Shown here piece by piece: positions 60,204 to 64,000 of a DNA stretch of 64,000 nucleotides. The translations under genes and the position numbers were made by a program. Under the pieces are notes generated by a model, which saw only the letters and a list, made by a program, of their open reading frames with translations, searched no databases and was not told the origin of the DNA. Every line of letters starts with the position of its first letter. Position 1 is the stretch's first letter. This stretch comes from an uncultured virus (IMG/VR IMGVR_UViG_3300035497_000625) (taxonomy: Duplodnaviria; Heunggongvirae; Uroviricota; Caudoviricetes), in IMG/VR virus record IMGVR_UViG_3300035497_000625; one strand, 5' to 3'.

Positions 60204-60977
60204 TTAAAACTCGTAACCACTATAGTCATATATTTTAGGCTTGCCGTCCTTTTGATATCCATAGTTTCTGCTGTGTAAATCAGTAATACTGAAGTAATCA
60301 ATCACGTACATTAGCTCTTCAACAGTCATTTCGCCATAGCGTAATAATATATCGTAAATGAATTGAGGTTCAAGTGTCCATGTATATCTTTTTTCGTTAA
60401 AGTTCCTCATTGTAGCCTTTTCATTTTCTGGTAGGTCGCCATATATAAACTCTCTACTACCCTGCTCGCTGTCGTAGAATGATTCAGTAACCTTTTCTTG
60501 TATATAGATTGATATTGAATTATCAAGAGTGCAGAGGAATTGAGTCTCTGCAAATAGAGGCTTAACGCAGTAAGGTAAGTCTTCGTATATATTCTTTTCT
60601 ATGTCACAGTAGTCATACTCGTAATTAAAAGATTGGTAGTAAATACCATCATCATCTGTAGATGCTTCGCCTTCTAGAGGTATCTTTATCACATAATCTC
60701 TCTCAACATCATCTATGACAAGCTTAGTTGCTCCTTTATAAATGTGGAATCTATCCATATAATCTTCTTTACTTCCGCCCAGTTTAGTTGCAATGTCCCA
60801 TTTAAGTTTATTGAGTAGCTCGCCTACTGTATAGCATACCATCATATCATCTTCAAATTCTATTATAGCTAAGTCATTATCTTCGACAGTTGAATAGACT
60901 GCTTTACCGTAGAGTGTTGCAACCTGTACTATAGCTTTGATTTCCTCTACCTCTTGTTTGTTAATCTCTCTTAACAT
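60204..60977 (-). CDS. Protein kinase-fold protein 5
   Basis: GATK, YVIKIP, TDLHSRNYG, KIYDYSG. Confidence 0.8.
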   Translation of the reverse strand: MLREINKQEVEEIKAIVQVATLYGKAVYSTVEDNDLAIIEFEDDMMVCYTVGELLNKLKWDIATKLGGSKEDYMDRFHIYKGATKLVIDDVERDYVIKIPLEGEASTDDDGIYYQSFNYEYDYCDIEKNIYEDLPYCVKPLFAETQFLCTLDNSISIYIQEKVTESFYDSEQGSREFIYGDLPENEKATMRNFNEKRYTWTLEPQFIYDILLRYGEMTVEELMYVIDYFSITDLHSRNYGYQKDGKPKIYDYSGYEF

Positions 60978-61074
60978 ATGCATTCCCCTTTCAAACTCGT
61001 CTCTGCTTTTCTCATTTACTATAATAATTATATCATAAGCTGGGCATTAAGGCAACTAGGTCACCGCCTCTATT

Positions 61075-61848
61075 TTAGTCTCTCCATCCACTGTAATCAA
61101 ATATCTTTGGCTCTTCGTCTCTTGTATATCCATAATTTCCGTTGTGTAAATCATTAATATTCTCATCATAAATTGTATCCATAAGCTCCTCAACAGTCAT
61201 TTCGCCATAACGTAGTAGAATATCATAGATAAACTGCTGGTCTAAATCCCACACATATCCCTTTTTTCTAAAGCTTTGCATTGGTGCTTTCTCTTTTTCT
61301 GGTAAATCATCAATAGTCAAACTACCGTCATTTTTCCAGCTTTCGTCAAAGGCTTCTTCTACCTGCTCTTGTATGTATACTTCGATATAATCGTTCACTG
61401 ATAATAGATATCTAGTTTCTGCGAATATAGGCTTAACACTGTCAGGTAGACTATTATAAATATCCTGCTCCTCTTTACAATAATTACAGTTTAGTGGATA
61501 GAAATTATAATCTGTATAATCTTCATTTATTGCATATGCACTCCCCGTAAATGGTATCTTGATTGCATATTCTCTTGTAGAATCAACAATTACAAGTTTA
61601 GTAAGACCTTTACTAACTGATATATTACATTCATAATTTTGAGCTGTGCCGAACTGCTTTTTCATTTGCTCTATTAACAAGTCCTGAATGTCGTCAATTG
61701 AATAGAGAGTATTCCCCTCTGTTTCAGAGGAAATTACTATGTAGTCACAATCATCACGGAGATTATATATTCTCTTAGCGTCACCAACTATCATTTTAAC
61801 CATAGCTGTAACTCTCTCTTGCTCTTGCTCGCTAATCATTCTTAACAT
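61075..61848 (-). CDS. Protein kinase-fold protein 6
   Basis: GLTK, YAIKIP, NDLHNGNYG, KIFDYSG. Confidence 0.8.
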   Translation of the reverse strand: MLRMISEQEQERVTAMVKMIVGDAKRIYNLRDDCDYIVISSETEGNTLYSIDDIQDLLIEQMKKQFGTAQNYECNISVSKGLTKLVIVDSTREYAIKIPFTGSAYAINEDYTDYNFYPLNCNYCKEEQDIYNSLPDSVKPIFAETRYLLSVNDYIEVYIQEQVEEAFDESWKNDGSLTIDDLPEKEKAPMQSFRKKGYVWDLDQQFIYDILLRYGEMTVEELMDTIYDENINDLHNGNYGYTRDEEPKIFDYSGWRD

Positions 61849-61922
61849 ATGCACTCCCCTTTCAAACTCGTTTCTGTTTTTCTCATTTACTGTAATAATT
61901 ATATCACACTCTGCGAACAAAA

Positions 61923-62339
61923 TCAAGAGGGATATTCCTCATAGAAATAACGAATTTTTATATTATCAAACTCTAATACTTTTAACGCAAACTCATGATT
62001 CAATTCCCACTCCATGCGACTATCTGTGCTTATGCGGGCGAAATAAGCGTCCGTATTATAGTCTTTCAAGAGAGATAGTAATGCTCTTGCTTTACTACTA
62101 TTATAGTAATCTCTATAAAATCTTTGAAGAAAATCGTAACAATATCTAACTTGTTTTACGGTCAAATCATAGTGGTATCCCAGCTCATCAGAAACAGAAA
62201 TGAGCTGTAAACAATCAGCTATGCCCTCAAAGGCATTCTTAAGAGGAAATTGATTAGACCACACTTCATGGTCAAACGTGTAAATACACTCACCTTCATT
62301 ATAGAAATATAACACTAAACTACAAGTGAATGATTTCAT
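61923..62339 (-). CDS. Hypothetical protein
   Basis: AAAGGGGAG RBS. Confidence 0.7.
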   Translation of the reverse strand: MKSFTCSLVLYFYNEGECIYTFDHEVWSNQFPLKNAFEGIADCLQLISVSDELGYHYDLTVKQVRYCYDFLQRFYRDYYNSSKARALLSLLKDYNTDAYFARISTDSRMEWELNHEFALKVLEFDNIKIRYFYEEYPS

Positions 62340-62378
62340 ATCAATCTCCCCTTTCTACTGATTCTTTACAGCTCTTTA

Positions 62379-62984
62379 CTAGTCTTCTAAATCATTTAAC
62401 ATTTTTATGTAAATTCTGTTTTCAATCTTAGGTGTAGAGGAATATATATCTAATTCAAATCGAGTCTCTCTATTGCCCCTCTGATAATTTAATACACATC
62501 TTGCCAAAATTTCATTATAGAGTGCTGTTGCAATAGACAATCTCATTTGAGAGATAAACTGTGGATTATCATTTAGTTCCTTAATAATACCATCAGCTCC
62601 GTTCATTTCGTCCCACGCATATTTATCTAGATACCTACCAATTACCTCGTCGGCATCAACGTAGAGATAGTAGATAAAGTTCCATAGGTCGTAATCAGAA
62701 TAGATTTCTGTCATGCCGTTGTGCTGATAGTCTATTCTAAATTCAATCTCATTATATCTATCGACCACTTTTTTGTGTTCTTTAGATTTTTTATAAGGAG
62801 ATTGACAATTCTTGACTCCCTGTTTTAGTTCTTTAATTTCATTCCTTAACTCTTCGTTCTTGCTCTTTACACATTCTAGTGTAACCAGCTTACACATAAG
62901 CTTTTCCTTGTCCTCGACTGAAAGGTCGAAACCGTCAACGAACTCGATTGCATTTGTAATATTTTTCTTTAGTTCCATAAACAT
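62379..62984 (-). CDS. Hypothetical protein with coiled-coil segment
   Basis: Own promoter, AAGGAG RBS. Confidence 0.7.
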   Translation of the reverse strand: MFMELKKNITNAIEFVDGFDLSVEDKEKLMCKLVTLECVKSKNEELRNEIKELKQGVKNCQSPYKKSKEHKKVVDRYNEIEFRIDYQHNGMTEIYSDYDLWNFIYYLYVDADEVIGRYLDKYAWDEMNGADGIIKELNDNPQFISQMRLSIATALYNEILARCVLNYQRGNRETRFELDIYSSTPKIENRIYIKMLNDLED

Positions 62985-63077
62985 TCTCCTTTATTCTTTA
63001 CACTTGATTTCCGATTTTCTATAATTATTATATCATGATTTATGAAAGAAATCAACTCAGTTGAGTTGTCTTCCTCC

Positions 63078-63584
63078 CTAAAATGGGAGAAACTCTTCAT
63101 CAATCATGTCACACACAGCAGATAGAGTTCTTGCTGTTTTATATTGCTGTTCTGTAATGGCTTCAAATTTTTGAGTCTCCTCATTAAAATAGAAAACCCC
63201 GTGAGAATAAAAGATTTGTTCTACTGGTAGGTCTATATCAAATCCAGTTAACACGCCTAGAGCTTTCATCTGTTCTTTGAACTTTTGTAGATTACCTGCG
63301 TCTCCACAGCTAATATATGTCATTTCTTCTGCAAACGCAAAACATTCTTCTGCTTCATCAGGAAAAGTATCTTTTATCTCTTGATATGCGTTTTGATTAT
63401 CATAATCAGTAGGAAGGATTCCTATAAGACTAGGAATTTCTAGTTCTTCGCCATTAGTATCATATGCTCTAATAGTCTTTTTGAAAGACTCTGATATGTT
63501 TTTATTACGAGCTTCCTCATAAACGAGACACTCATAAGCACTATTGAATTGGCAACCATCAAAAGCAACATAAATCTTTTTCAT
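63078..63584 (-). CDS. Hypothetical protein (A.DG..F...EC family)
   Basis: YVAFDGCQFNSAYECLVYE; own promoter. Confidence 0.75.
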   Translation of the reverse strand: MKKIYVAFDGCQFNSAYECLVYEEARNKNISESFKKTIRAYDTNGEELEIPSLIGILPTDYDNQNAYQEIKDTFPDEAEECFAFAEEMTYISCGDAGNLQKFKEQMKALGVLTGFDIDLPVEQIFYSHGVFYFNEETQKFEAITEQQYKTARTLSAVCDMIDEEFLPF

Positions 63585-63673
63585 ATGCATTTTCTCCTTT
63601 TCAATTTAACCCTCGGCTTTTTGATTTTCTATAATTATTATATCATAGTCTGCTGATTTTTGCAACTATGTTA

Positions 63674-64000
63674 TTATGTTAATTTTAGGTGTTTTCTACG
63701 AAAATCTTTTAAGTCTATTAACTTATTAATAACGAACCAATGTTCATTAAATCCTGAGCCAGTCATAAATATATGTTTTGCTTCTTGCAGTTCTTCAATT
63801 GGAATTACGCTCCACTTATCTTTATCATAACGATATATAATACCATTTTTGATATCACTTTTTGGCAAATCAAAATTACATCCGCACATTTCGCCCGCTT
63901 TATGCATGATGTCAATAAATTCATCTTGTGCTTCAGATGATGGTAAAATTATGTATTTTAATTCAGGAAGGTCATTCATACATTTTTCTTTTCCTGAGAG
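63674..64000 (-). CDS. Hypothetical protein, probably N-terminally truncated by window edge; resembles C-terminal half of 63078 ORF
   Basis: FDL/IDLP...G+.Y...+.I.. similarity; no RBS before 63979. Confidence 0.55.
   Translation of the reverse strand, partial: LSGKEKCMNDLPELKYIILPSSEAQDEFIDIMHKAGEMCGCNFDLPKSDIKNGIIYRYDKDKWSVIPIEELQEAKHIFMTGSGFNEHWFVINKLIDLKDFRRKHLKLT

Larger units (their letters stand above)
48260..63670 (-). promoter_or_regulatory. Class II repeated promoter/leader units (about 16 copies)
   Basis: TTGAAA or TTGC..-17-TATAAT with TG extension then TATTATAGTAAATGAGA, e.g. 58542..58570. Confidence 0.85.

Noticed and set aside
1..64000. Stop-codon reassignment
   Set aside because: Genes are long and densely packed in the standard code, and TAA, TAG and TGA all end genes at sensible positions
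1..64000. tRNA, rRNA, integrase, reverse transcriptase
   Set aside because: None recognised by eye; a tRNAscan/HMM run would be needed to exclude them fully

Overview
Window from a large AT-rich tailed phage (Caudoviricetes), probably infecting a Firmicutes host (GGAGG RBSs, extended sigmaA-type promoters), standard genetic code. Two sharply different halves. (1) 1-27.5 kb, minus strand: virion morphogenesis operon with a large terminase split by two group I introns (one carrying a double-HNH homing endonuclease, leaving a 56-nt micro-exon), portal, protease/scaffold, major capsid, head-tail proteins and five paralogous tail-tube-like genes with very large variable insertions. (2) 28-64 kb: an accessory, probably early-expressed region built from about 40 repeated units (consensus promoter, conserved leader, often a covarying RNA hairpin, small ORF, CTAGAGG hairpin). 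It carries expanded paralog families (six protein-kinase-fold genes, four near-identical unknown proteins, three DEDD exonucleases, several small-protein families), a BrxL-like ATPase without the Lon domain, a candidate replication initiator with iterons, and non-coding repeat islands (GAGCTGG clusters, TTAGGC repeats, cre-like operators). GATC is strikingly scarce in this half. All calls are by-eye readings; no database searches were run.
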